Virus record (IMG/VR): IMGVR_UViG_3300037424_001953
Coordinates: 1 to 26,620 of that record
Source: a virus
Lineage: Duplodnaviria; Caudoviricetes
DNA: 26,620 nt
Direction: 5' to 3' (one strand)
The translations under genes and the position numbers were made by a program. How positions within the stretch are numbered: the first letter of the stretch is position 1; every line of letters begins with the position of its first letter. Below the pieces are notes generated by a model. That model worked only from the letters and a program-made list of their open reading frames with translations. It made no database searches and was not told where the DNA came from. Below, piece after piece: positions 7,037 through 16,210 of this stretch.

Positions 7037-8872
7037 ATGGAAGAAGAAAAATTTTTAATTGATTCAAAAGAAGAAGATTTAATAAAAACTTTCAAGGCTT
7101 GGAAGTTGGAATCCCAATCTTATCACGATGAGATGCTCCCCAAGCAGAAAATGTGCGAGGAGTATTACAAAGGCAACCAGACTTCCCGTGATTTACAACC
7201 CGATTATCTCTCTAATGTAGTTGAAAATCGCCTCTTTGAAGCGGTGGAAACTATTGCTCCTATCACTACCGCTTCCGCCCACCACTTTTTAGTTCTGCCT
7301 GGTTCTGATGATGAAAAGTCTGTTGAAAAAGCCAATAAATTAGCCAAAGTTCTGGAGAGAAAGTATCAGACTCTAGAAATGCAAAAAAAATTGGAGCAAG
7401 TGGTCAGACATATAATGCTCTATCGCTTTGGAGTAATGAAATGGTGTTGGGATGAGGTCAAAGATGATATTGATGTCAAAGTAATTGACCCTCGTCTTAT
7501 TCTTATCCCAAAAATGCGTCTTGACCCACATGAATTGCCCTATAAAATTGAAATACAGGAATATACCAAAGCAGAAATCAAAGAGTATTTCCCCAAAGTT
7601 AAAATAGACGAAATTTCGGTTGAGTCTTCCGTTGATGTGGGAGAAACCACCAAGAAAAAGAAACTATATAAAGTTTATGAAGTGTGGACAGGAGAAATGG
7701 TGGCTTGGATTTGCAATGACAAGGTGCTTGATAGGAAAGCCAATCCCTATTGGGACTTTGAAGGAGAGTCAAAGAAATATATTGATACTTCCAAAGAAAA
7801 AATGAAAATTGGAGAGAAATTGGTATTTTCCAATCATCTTGATAGACCAACTGACCCCTATGTTTTCTTTACCACCTTTGATGTTTCCGATGGGCCAGTT
7901 GCTCCAATCTCTCTGGCAGAAATTGGCATACCTATTCTTGATGCTATCAATGTCCAGAAGAGGCAGATAATTGATAATTTAAGGAGACTTGGCAATGGAC
8001 AGGTTAAAGTTGATAGCGATGCCATGTCTCAGGAGGAGGCGGAAAATATAACCAATGAAGTTGGTCTTATCATAAGGGGTGAAGGTGTTTCTTCCCAGAA
8101 TAAAGTCTCAAGAGAGCCTGGTGTTCCATTACCAGCAGGACATTTTGATAACTTAACCCACAGCGAAACTGTCTTTGATAACTTAATGGGTGTGCATGGT
8201 GCTACTCGTGGTTCTGCCGATTCCAATACTTTGGGTCAGGATATGATGTCTCGCCAGCAAGATTATACTCGTGTAGATTTGATAACTAGAATTTTGAATA
8301 GAGGAGTGGCTCGTTTAGCCAATGGTCTGGTGCAACTGATGAGAATGTATTATGATGAAAGTAAAGTCATAAAGATTTTGGGCGAAGACGGAGCAGTAGA
8401 ATTTGTAAGACTTAATCAAGATGACATTGAAGATTGGATTGAAATAGAAGTGAGAAGCGGTCAGTCGTTGCCGATGGATAAAGTTTCAATCAGAACCGAA
8501 GCGGTGCAACTTTGGCAACTTGGTGCTCTTGACCCCGTTTCTCTTTATGAGAGACTTGAATTTACTAACCCAGAAAAATATGCCAATCGCTTGATGGCTT
8601 ATAAGGCGGGACAACTCACTCAGGAGACCCAAATGAAACTTCAAGCGGAAATGCAGATGGCTCAGATGAATGCACAACTTGGCAATACTGCCAAGACTAC
8701 CGAGATAAATGCCAAAGGAACTGCTGAAGTAGCTAAAGTAGCGGAGCAAAATAAAGGTCGAGCCGTGGAAACAGCTATGAATGTGATGCAGAGAGCCAAT
8801 GCTAATTTGGGTGGTGGTGCTCCGTCTCTGCCAAAGACTCCAAAGTTAGCAGGTCAGAAACAAAAGAAATGA
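7037..8872 (+). CDS. Portal protein (611 aa)
   Basis: Follows TerL; size and pattern (EEYYKGNQ..., GVMKWCWD, VIDPRLILI, Q/M-rich C-terminal coil) resemble P22-like portals. Confidence 0.88.
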   Translation: MEEEKFLIDSKEEDLIKTFKAWKLESQSYHDEMLPKQKMCEEYYKGNQTSRDLQPDYLSNVVENRLFEAVETIAPITTASAHHFLVLPGSDDEKSVEKANKLAKVLERKYQTLEMQKKLEQVVRHIMLYRFGVMKWCWDEVKDDIDVKVIDPRLILIPKMRLDPHELPYKIEIQEYTKAEIKEYFPKVKIDEISVESSVDVGETTKKKKLYKVYEVWTGEMVAWICNDKVLDRKANPYWDFEGESKKYIDTSKEKMKIGEKLVFSNHLDRPTDPYVFFTTFDVSDGPVAPISLAEIGIPILDAINVQKRQIIDNLRRLGNGQVKVDSDAMSQEEAENITNEVGLIIRGEGVSSQNKVSREPGVPLPAGHFDNLTHSETVFDNLMGVHGATRGSADSNTLGQDMMSRQQDYTRVDLITRILNRGVARLANGLVQLMRMYYDESKVIKILGEDGAVEFVRLNQDDIEDWIEIEVRSGQSLPMDKVSIRTEAVQLWQLGALDPVSLYERLEFTNPEKYANRLMAYKAGQLTQETQMKLQAEMQMAQMNAQLGNTAKTTEINAKGTAEVAKVAEQNKGRAVETAMNVMQRANANLGGGAPSLPKTPKLAGQKQKK

Positions 8873-9012
8873 ATTATAAAGACTTGGTAAATTGGTTTAG
8901 AAAGAAAAAGAAAAGTTGGGATGTCAGTCATGCCCAAAGACAGAAAGAGTTTGATGAAGGTTATAAATATGGTATAAGAGAAGTTGGTTGGAATCCTTTT
9001 AAGAAAAAATAA
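8869..9012 (+). CDS. Small hypothetical protein (47 aa)
   Basis: ATGA overlap with the portal stop; MNYKDLVNWFRKKKKSW... Confidence 0.55.
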   Translation: MNYKDLVNWFRKKKKSWDVSHAQRQKEFDEGYKYGIREVGWNPFKKK

Positions 9013-9013
9013 T

Positions 9014-9139
9014 ATGCCACTTTCAAAACATATGTCGGTTGATCAAATGATGCACGAACTTAAAACTAAAGGTTCAAGAAAGAGGAGTAGGAAGCAAAGA
9101 CTTGCCATTGCTCTCTCCGTTAAAAGACAAGGCAAGTAG
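9014..9139 (+). CDS. Small basic phage protein (41 aa)
   Basis: MPLSK...RSRKQRLAIALSVKR resembles the KQAxAIALS-type small proteins often found in head modules. Confidence 0.65.
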   Translation: MPLSKHMSVDQMMHELKTKGSRKRSRKQRLAIALSVKRQGK

Positions 9140-9197
9140 GACTAAACCTTAAAAGAATTATTAGTTAGTGTCACAAAAGACGTTAAAATGAAAATAT

Positions 9198-9815
9198 ATG
9201 GCTGATGAAAAAGAAACCATTATAGCCGACGATGACGAAGAGAACATCGAAGAGGACAAAACCGAAATCAATGAAGATAAGGACAAAGAAGAGGATAAGG
9301 GTGATAAACCCGATAAATCTGAAATTGCTCAAAAGATTAAATATCGTGAGAAATGGAAAGATGCCTCAACTAAAGTCTCCAATTTAGAAGCCGAGCTTGC
9401 GAAACTCAAGCAAATGGATAAAGACATTGGTGGCAAACCCGCTGATGATGCTGAGGCAAGGGCACAGAAGTATATCCGTGACCAAGCCAAAGCTGTCTAT
9501 GAAGACCTCTTAAATGCTAGAAAGGCAGACGAGGAGAAAGTTACAAGACAATTTGAGGAAAAGGTGGAAGAAATCTTGGATGAAAATCCCGATATTACCG
9601 AGAAAGAACTTCTGGATGCTATTGAAGATTTTGAAGTTGAGCCTAAAGTGGCTCTCAAAATCTTAAGGAAATCTTCTGTCAAAAAGGAAAAGCCCAAGAT
9701 GCCTCAGGCAAAAAGGGCTTCCGCAGATGGTGAATCCGATAAGGAGAAACCAAATGATGCTTCAAAATCCATGTGGCAAGTCGCTAGAGAGGAAATCGCA
9801 AAGCTCAAAAAATAA
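9198..9815 (+). CDS. Capsid scaffolding protein (putative)
   Basis: Acidic N-terminus, coiled-coil, located directly before the capsid gene. Confidence 0.75.
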   Translation: MADEKETIIADDDEENIEEDKTEINEDKDKEEDKGDKPDKSEIAQKIKYREKWKDASTKVSNLEAELAKLKQMDKDIGGKPADDAEARAQKYIRDQAKAVYEDLLNARKADEEKVTRQFEEKVEEILDENPDITEKELLDAIEDFEVEPKVALKILRKSSVKKEKPKMPQAKRASADGESDKEKPNDASKSMWQVAREEIAKLKK

Positions 9816-9825
9816 CCTTACTTAA

Positions 9826-10833
9826 ATGGCAATACCCTTAGGAAATTTCGTCTCTACAACAACTAGACAACGATTTTTCGAAAAAGCGGTAGACAATGCC
9901 TATTCGGGAAATGTGCTTTTTGAAAAGCTGAGAAGCTCAACTAGACCTTGGTCTGGCGGTAGAAGGATTGAATTTCCTATCAATATCGCTAAAAGGACTC
10001 AGGGTGGTTCCTTCTCAGGCTTTGATACCTTACCAACAGCCCAGGAAGATACGAGAGTGATGGTATACGCAGACCCTGCGGAATACACATCTTCTCCTCT
10101 TACCTTCTCTGGTATTCAGTTGGCGGTAAACAAAGGACCAGAAGCATTCCTGAACTTGATGGCTACTGAATTTGAGTACGCTTCCAAAGACCTCGCTGAT
10201 AAAATTGGCGATACTATCTACGGAGATGGTACTGGCAATGCAAGTAAAGACATCAATGGTCTTGTTTACCACGTAGACGATGCAACGAATGTAGTCACTT
10301 GGCAAGGACAATCAAGGACAACCTATTCAAATCTTAGGTCAACTCTGAATGCCCAAGCGGGTGCTCTCTCATTCACCAACCTCGCTACGGATACTGACGC
10401 AGCACAGATAGGCAGTGATAGTCCCGACCTTATAGTTACGACCCCTGCGGTCTTCTCTATAATCGAAAGACTCTTAACTCCTACTTTGCAGGTCAATTAC
10501 GGAGCAGCCCCAGCAACTGGAGCAGCCACTGGTGGGTTGAATGGTATCGGTCTTTCTGTAGGTGCTAATCGTATGTGGTGGAGGGGAATCCCAATCATCG
10601 CAGACGAGAAATGCACTTCTGGAAACATCTTTACCCTCAATATGAAACACCTCTTCCTTTACACTTTGGATTATACCAATGATGTAGTCGAGTCCACCAA
10701 GGAAGGTTTTGCGTTCACTGGCTTCAAAAAAGGTCAGAACCAAAATGCTATCGTTGGACACTTATTGTTTATGGGTCAATTAGTCGGTGACTCGCCTCGA
10801 ACAATGGCACGTCGAACTGGCGTAACATCTTAA
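9826..10833 (+). CDS. Major capsid protein (HK97-type fold expected)
   Basis: 335 aa; position; IYGDGTGNASKDINGL, PDLIVTT and GIPIIADEKC motifs. Confidence 0.88.
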   Translation: MAIPLGNFVSTTTRQRFFEKAVDNAYSGNVLFEKLRSSTRPWSGGRRIEFPINIAKRTQGGSFSGFDTLPTAQEDTRVMVYADPAEYTSSPLTFSGIQLAVNKGPEAFLNLMATEFEYASKDLADKIGDTIYGDGTGNASKDINGLVYHVDDATNVVTWQGQSRTTYSNLRSTLNAQAGALSFTNLATDTDAAQIGSDSPDLIVTTPAVFSIIERLLTPTLQVNYGAAPATGAATGGLNGIGLSVGANRMWWRGIPIIADEKCTSGNIFTLNMKHLFLYTLDYTNDVVESTKEGFAFTGFKKGQNQNAIVGHLLFMGQLVGDSPRTMARRTGVTS

Positions 10834-10853
10834 TAGCTAAATCGTAAAATACA

Positions 10854-11591
10854 ATGAGTACATATACAGGTACAATGGGTATTGCTTCTGGTCTGCCTTA
10901 TGCGGTTGACGAAGCCAATCCTACACACGAACTTGGCGAAAAGATCTATACCGCCGATGGTCGTGCTTTCCGTTATGTCAAAGCTGGAGAAACTTTGGTA
11001 GTCGGAGACTTGCTTGAAGCCCCTGCAGAAGATACAGCAGTCCAATCAATTTTGGTTGCTGCTACTGATGCTGGAGCAAAGTCAGTTACTACTACTGGTA
11101 CAGTTACTGTAACTGCTAACGAATATGCTGGTGGTTTCGTAGTTGTAACTGGAGAAGGTGGAACTGGCACTGGGTTTATGTATCAGATTAGGAGTCATCC
11201 TGCCGCAGTAGCAGCAGTGGTTACCCTTACTCTCTCTGACCCTCTGCAAGTTGCCTTTACCGCTTTGACCCAAATCGACTTCGTTAAGAATCCTTACAAT
11301 GGCGTTCTTCAACAGAACACTACCCCAACTTCTTGTTTGGTTGGTGTGGCTGTCAATGAAATTACTTCAGGCCAGTATGGATGGATTCAAACCGATGGTG
11401 TGGCCACAGTTAAAAACGATGCTACAGGGGCAGTCGTTGTTGGCAATACCGTAGTCGCCTCTGGAACCACAGTCGGTTCTATGAGAGCTGCCGCTAATGA
11501 TACGACTGAACTCTTTGCATTAGTTGGTACTGCCGTTACTGGCATTGCCACTTCAGAGAGAGGTGCAGTCAAACTCAATATAGGCGGATAA
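10854..11591 (+). CDS. Putative capsid decoration / cement protein
   Basis: G/T/A/V-rich beta-type protein directly after the MCP; DGRAFRYVKAG and YGWIQT motifs. Confidence 0.6.
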   Translation: MSTYTGTMGIASGLPYAVDEANPTHELGEKIYTADGRAFRYVKAGETLVVGDLLEAPAEDTAVQSILVAATDAGAKSVTTTGTVTVTANEYAGGFVVVTGEGGTGTGFMYQIRSHPAAVAAVVTLTLSDPLQVAFTALTQIDFVKNPYNGVLQQNTTPTSCLVGVAVNEITSGQYGWIQTDGVATVKNDATGAVVVGNTVVASGTTVGSMRAAANDTTELFALVGTAVTGIATSERGAVKLNIGG

Positions 11592-11668
11592 GTCGCAAGA
11601 CTTTTTATTCATTAACTAGAGTTCTGTGGGGTCTAACAAATTATTAAACTTCCCAGAACTATAAAGCT

Positions 11669-12076
11669 ATGCAAGAACTCGAAGTTATTGATATTACCAA
11701 TCCCACTTCGGAAGATTTTTCCTGGAGATATAATGGCGAACTCTTTACCATCAAAGCTGGTGAGAAAAGAGGTTTTGCCAAGTCTGTAGCGTTGCATCTT
11801 GCCAAGCATCTTTCAACAAAGATGGTTTGCGATGAAGCACTTTCTGTAGCTAACAAAAAGGATTTGGCTGACCCTAAAGCCGCTATCCATGTCAAAGTAT
11901 CCCAGCTGAATACCTACGATACCCATGAAAGGAGAATTGCTTTGTATAAAATACTTGGCAATGTAGATTTGGTTCTCCAAGTGATAGCCAACTACCCTTT
12001 CAAGGGTTTTATCGGGGAGATGGACATATATCAAAAGTTTGTTGAAAAATCACAACCAAAAGTGGTCGCTGAATAA
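11669..12076 (+). CDS. Hypothetical protein in structural module (135 aa)
   Basis: ORF with normal composition and operon position. Confidence 0.75.
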   Translation: MQELEVIDITNPTSEDFSWRYNGELFTIKAGEKRGFAKSVALHLAKHLSTKMVCDEALSVANKKDLADPKAAIHVKVSQLNTYDTHERRIALYKILGNVDLVLQVIANYPFKGFIGEMDIYQKFVEKSQPKVVAE

Positions 12077-12088
12077 TAGTAAGCAACA

Positions 12089-12439
12089 ATGGCAAATTTC
12101 TTTGGAAATCCAGTAGCTAGGCATGTAGTGCAAGGCTCATGTAAGGCGAATCAATCTACCTGGACACCTATGCGAGTTGGTGCAACCAACTTGGCAGATA
12201 GGCAATGGGTGGAACTACAAGTCCGAGGAACTACGGCATTAGCGATAGCTTATGCCAATGTAAATGCGAATGGGACATTCACCACTCCAACAGTTTCTGG
12301 ACATCACACGATAATAATCCCAAGAAACTCAATCAAAGTTATTCCTGTTTCGGATAGTGTAACTATTTATGGTCGAAGTGTTAATAAGATAGCTAGTGCG
12401 GCTGGCGGCTGCAAAGTGGTAGTCGCAGAGTTTGCTTAA
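12089..12439 (+). CDS. Putative small virion protein (116 aa)
   Basis: Beta-rich composition, in the structural operon. Confidence 0.7.
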   Translation: MANFFGNPVARHVVQGSCKANQSTWTPMRVGATNLADRQWVELQVRGTTALAIAYANVNANGTFTTPTVSGHHTIIIPRNSIKVIPVSDSVTIYGRSVNKIASAAGGCKVVVAEFA

Positions 12440-12444
12440 ATTAT

Positions 12445-12912
12445 ATGGCAGAATTTCATCTAAGTGACCTGTTCATAACCAACTTTAGTTTCACCACGTC
12501 GTCTAGCTCATCTTCTACTTCTAGTAGTACTAGTACTTCAACAAGTAGTAGTTCTTCTACCTCAAGTAGTTCATCTTCTACTTCTACTTCTACAAGTTCG
12601 TCGTCTTCGACAAGTACCAGTAGTTCATCGTCAACGTCGACTAGTACTTCTACTTCCACTTCCACTTCTTCCTCTTCCACAAGTACTTCGACCTCGACAA
12701 GTACCAGTACTTCTACAAGTACTTCTTCGTCAAGTAGTTCATCTTCAACAACTTCTTCAAGCAGTACTTCGACGACAACTTCAACAAGTACAACAACTTC
12801 TACTTCAAGTAGTTCTACAACTTCAAGTTCTAGTACTTCAACTAGTACTTCTAGTACTACGACAAGTAGCTCTACTAGTAGTTCAACAAGTAGTTCAACG
12901 ACAACAGCTTAA
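12445..12912 (+). CDS. Mucin-like Ser/Thr protein (16-aa head plus 138 consecutive S/T residues)
   Basis: MAEFHLSDLFITNFSF then only S/T until the final Ala; mixed synonymous codons; followed by a terminator. Confidence 0.85.
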   Translation: MAEFHLSDLFITNFSFTTSSSSSSTSSSTSTSTSSSSSTSSSSSSTSTSTSSSSSTSTSSSSSTSTSTSTSTSTSSSSTSTSTSTSTSTSTSTSSSSSSSSTTSSSSTSTTTSTSTTTSTSSSSTTSSSSTSTSTSSTTTSSSTSSSTSSSTTTA

Positions 12913-12930
12913 TTTTGGTTATTTTCTCTC

Positions 12931-12963
12931 GAAAAACACTCTGCTTGTGACAGGGTGTTTTTC
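12931..12963. terminator. Intrinsic terminator ending the head operon
   Basis: GAAAAACACTCTG-CTTGTGA-CAGGGTGTTTTTC. Confidence 0.75.
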
Positions 12964-12965
12964 AT

Positions 12966-13008
12966 TTATCCACATTTTGTTTGACAGAAATTAAATTTCA
13001 TTTATAAT
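12966..13008 (+). promoter_or_regulatory. Promoter of the glycan operon with upstream DnaA box
   Basis: TTATCCACA (12966-12974), TTGACA (12981-12986), 16 bp, TATAAT (13003-13008). Confidence 0.7.
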
Positions 13009-13036
13009 TCTTTGTGTTATTAGTTAGTAAAATAAA

Positions 13037-13936
13037 ATGAAATACAAAAACCTCGTCGCAGGTCAAATTGATTCTCTCCTTAAAGGTGTGGCTTCCAAGT
13101 ATGAAGGAATGCCCATTGCTTTATCGGGAGGTATAGACAGCAGCACTTTGGCTGCTTTTATTAAACCCAAAATGGCAATCTCGGTTCAACTGCCAGAAAG
13201 CAAACACAATGAAATTGAGTATGCCAAGAAAGTGGTAAAACACTTAAAAATACCAGAACACGAAATTGTTGAATATACCGAAGATAGTTTTGAAGATGAT
13301 TTAAAAACTGCTGTAATTGCAATAGGCAGACCTATCCCACACTTTAATATTGTTCCTCTTTTCCAGATGTATCGTAGATTATTTCAACTTGGATATACTG
13401 AATTGGTGCTTGGTGATGGACCTGATGAAGTAATGTGCGGTTATGGCAGAGACCTTATAATCAACTATCTCTACAAAGTTTATGACTTTGAAGCGTTCAA
13501 AGATTATAAACCTATGATTGACAAAATTCTTCCTCCGATTGGAGAAACTATTAAGAAAATAACTGGTATGGAGGGTGAAGATATACAACAAGTTGATATT
13601 GATTTGATGCGACCTGATATGGATGATATGAGCAATGGCATTGCCAAGTATTTTGGTATTACTAACCATAGACCTTATCAAGATAACAAAGAGATTGATG
13701 ACTTTATGAGGGACCTTCCTATTGAAGAAAAGATAAAGGATGTAGAGTATGGCAAGTATGCACTTCGTCTAGTTGCGGAGAAATATTTACCAGAAGAGAT
13801 TGCTTGGCGAAAAAGCAAAGTTGGCGGCCCCCTTTACTCTCCTAATATGAAGATGGGTTGGTTTGCTGATGAGGGAGAGTATGGTAAGAAAGCTTGGTTA
13901 AAGTATCAACAAGATATATTAGATGCCCAAAGATGA
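13037..13936 (+). CDS. Asparagine-synthetase-like C-terminal (amide ligase) domain protein, no glutaminase domain
   Basis: PP-loop ALSGGIDSS, LGDGPDE, GKYALRLVAEKYLPEEIAWRKSK. Confidence 0.85.
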   Translation: MKYKNLVAGQIDSLLKGVASKYEGMPIALSGGIDSSTLAAFIKPKMAISVQLPESKHNEIEYAKKVVKHLKIPEHEIVEYTEDSFEDDLKTAVIAIGRPIPHFNIVPLFQMYRRLFQLGYTELVLGDGPDEVMCGYGRDLIINYLYKVYDFEAFKDYKPMIDKILPPIGETIKKITGMEGEDIQQVDIDLMRPDMDDMSNGIAKYFGITNHRPYQDNKEIDDFMRDLPIEEKIKDVEYGKYALRLVAEKYLPEEIAWRKSKVGGPLYSPNMKMGWFADEGEYGKKAWLKYQQDILDAQR

Positions 13937-14453
13937 AATAGAAATAAGAATAGATGATGTTCTGCTTTATAAGGAACTGACAACAATAATGCAGAAAGCA
14001 TTGAATCAAGGTTCTTGGTTTGAGCAGTTTAAGGAGTTTGATAAGTTCTTTGAAAAAAACAATATCAAGACTATTCTAGCTGTTTGTGTTGATGGTATAG
14101 ACCAGTATCCAGAGTGGGTTGAATATATAAAGAAAAATAAAGATAGATACCAAATTGAAATGCACGGGGCTACTCACATAAACTACCGAAACAAAACCGA
14201 AGAGTTTGGCATTCAATCTCTGGCAGAAGCCAAAAAGAAAATAGAAATGACTTTTGGGGTAAAGGTAACGAGGTGGTATAACCCATTTCACATTAGAGGG
14301 TATCCTAAATGGGGTGAAAGAGTGTGCAAGAAACTCCATATCGGTTTCAATACTGCTTTAGACCAAAATAAACATCATTATCGTTCCCATTATTGGAATC
14401 CCAAAGATGTTAAAAGGATTAAAGGAATTTGTAAGCATTACTATAATGTCTAA
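13923..14453 (+). CDS. Polysaccharide deacetylase-like (NodB/CE4) protein
   Basis: IRIDD and EMHGATH metal-binding motifs. Confidence 0.75.
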   Translation: MPKDEIEIRIDDVLLYKELTTIMQKALNQGSWFEQFKEFDKFFEKNNIKTILAVCVDGIDQYPEWVEYIKKNKDRYQIEMHGATHINYRNKTEEFGIQSLAEAKKKIEMTFGVKVTRWYNPFHIRGYPKWGERVCKKLHIGFNTALDQNKHHYRSHYWNPKDVKRIKGICKHYYNV

Positions 14454-14991
14454 TGTGCGTCAACAACTTGAAAATTGGCTTTCAACTATTGAAGTAAATG
14501 GTTCTGTTCTTGATGTAGCTGGTATTCATTTACCCATTAAAGGTAGGACTAAAACTTGGGATGTAGATGATTATAAACTGCTTGATGTTAAAAAAACATT
14601 TAAAGGTAGAGTTCCCGACTATCAAGAAGATATAAATTACCCAACCCAAGTAGACCGAGAATTTGATAATGTGTTTTGTATTGAAGCTCTCTATCAATCG
14701 TATGACCCAATGCAAGTGTTCAAGAACTTCAATAAGTGGACAAAACTTGGTGGCAGACTATTTCTCTCAACCCATTTCATGTTCCCTTATCATATTGAAG
14801 TGGATGCCATGAGACTAACCAGATATGGAGTAAGTAAATTATTAAGTTTGAATGGTTTTGAAATTATTAACATAATTCCACGAATGGCTCGTTTGCCAGA
14901 TGTCTTGAAAGAGTTTTCCACTTCCGAGTGTAAAAGCTACAAGCACCCTGGAGAAATAGGTTATCTGGTGGAGGCAATAAAAATAAAATGA
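14446..14991 (+). CDS. Class I SAM-dependent methyltransferase
   Basis: SVLDVAG, FDNVFCIEAL, GGRLFLSTHFMFPYH; likely start ATG 14446 (track start 14407). Confidence 0.8.
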   Translation: MSNVRQQLENWLSTIEVNGSVLDVAGIHLPIKGRTKTWDVDDYKLLDVKKTFKGRVPDYQEDINYPTQVDREFDNVFCIEALYQSYDPMQVFKNFNKWTKLGGRLFLSTHFMFPYHIEVDAMRLTRYGVSKLLSLNGFEIINIIPRMARLPDVLKEFSTSECKSYKHPGEIGYLVEAIKIK

Positions 14992-15845
14992 AAAATATAG
15001 CAATAATTGGATACGGATATGTTGGACAAGGTTACCATAAAGCATTTCCAGAAGCGGTGATTTATGATGAACCGAAAGAAATTGGACACAGAAATAAAGT
15101 CAATGAATGTGATTTAGCCTTGGTATCAGTACCGACTAAAATGTTAGAGGATGGTTCCTGTGATACTTCCATAGTGGAAGAAGTAGTATCTTGGCTTGAA
15201 ACTCCTCTTATCTTAATTAAATCTACTATCCCACCTGGCACTACTGACAGGTTAAAAGAAAGGACAGGTAAGAGAATATGCTTTTCTCCCGAGTACATTG
15301 GAGAGGGTAAGTATTGGGTTCCAGAATGGAAATATCCTAATCCAACTAATCCCCTATCTCATGGATTTGTGATAATAGGTGGAGATAAAGAAGATTGTTC
15401 AAATATTTTAGATTTCTTTATTCCAGTCTTAGGGCCATCAACTCATGTCAGAATAATATCCTCCATTGAGGCTGAGATTGTAAAATATGCAGAAAATTCA
15501 TGGGGAGCTGTCAAAGTAAGATTTGCAAATATGCTGAGAGATGTATGCGATATATACGGTGCTAATTGGTATAATGTAAGAGAAGGTTGGCTTGATGACC
15601 CACGAGTTGAAGAAATGCACACTGCGGTGTTTAAAGACAAGAAAGGTTGGTCTGGAAAATGTTGGCCGAAAGATGTTATGGCATTTATTAGGGCTATAGA
15701 AAAGGTCGGTTATAACCCAAAATTATTAAAACTTATTTGGAACTTAAACATTGATTCAGTGCTGAAGTCTGACGGTAAAGATGTTCACGGTAATCCTGAA
15801 TGGGCTTCGGAACTGACGAAGTTCCCCGAAAGCGACCTTGTTTAA
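14988..15845 (+). CDS. UDP-glucose/GDP-mannose 6-dehydrogenase family protein (short form)
   Basis: IIGYGYVG, KSTIPPGTT, FSPEY, AEIVKYAEN, catalytic GWSGKCWPKD; lacks the usual C-terminal UDP-binding domain. Confidence 0.9.
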   Translation: MKNIAIIGYGYVGQGYHKAFPEAVIYDEPKEIGHRNKVNECDLALVSVPTKMLEDGSCDTSIVEEVVSWLETPLILIKSTIPPGTTDRLKERTGKRICFSPEYIGEGKYWVPEWKYPNPTNPLSHGFVIIGGDKEDCSNILDFFIPVLGPSTHVRIISSIEAEIVKYAENSWGAVKVRFANMLRDVCDIYGANWYNVREGWLDDPRVEEMHTAVFKDKKGWSGKCWPKDVMAFIRAIEKVGYNPKLLKLIWNLNIDSVLKSDGKDVHGNPEWASELTKFPESDLV

Positions 15846-16191
15846 AAATTGGCTTTTGTGGATTTTCTTTTCGGTTTTGAAGTAACTTAATTACTATTTC
15901 AGCTTGTTTCTTTTTAACCTGAAGATATGGAAGTAATAATGTTAAGGCAATCAATAAATTTTTTGAGGTTTCGTAAAATGAGTAATAATTTTTACCACCA
16001 AGTCTAGAATGTTTAATTGGAATATTAAAAAAATCACTAAAAATTTGTATTGCTCCCACATCTTTCATATGAATTGTCAATCTAGCATAATAACAATTTC
16101 TTCCAATAGAACTTTTACTTCTAGTAATTCCAATACATCCTTCTCCATCAACAATACCTGCCATATAAGCTAATTTTTGTTCGTAATTCAT
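15733..16191 (-). CDS. Free-standing LAGLIDADG homing endonuclease
   Basis: LAYMAGIVDGEGCIGI motif, LLPYLQVKKKQAEI; TGaTATAAT 6 nt before ATG. Confidence 0.88.
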   Translation of the reverse strand: MNYEQKLAYMAGIVDGEGCIGITRSKSSIGRNCYYARLTIHMKDVGAIQIFSDFFNIPIKHSRLGGKNYYSFYETSKNLLIALTLLLPYLQVKKKQAEIVIKLLQNRKENPQKPIFKQGRFRGTSSVPKPIQDYREHLYRQTSALNQCLSSK

Positions 16192-16210
16192 ATAACTATT
16201 ATATCAAACT

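Noticed and set aside
12456-12680. Minus-strand poly-V/E/L ORF
   Set aside because: Compositional shadow of Ser/Thr codons.
15733-16191. Group I intron around the LAGLIDADG ORF
   Set aside because: Flanking genes look complete, the ORF is antisense, and there is no non-coding room for a ribozyme core.
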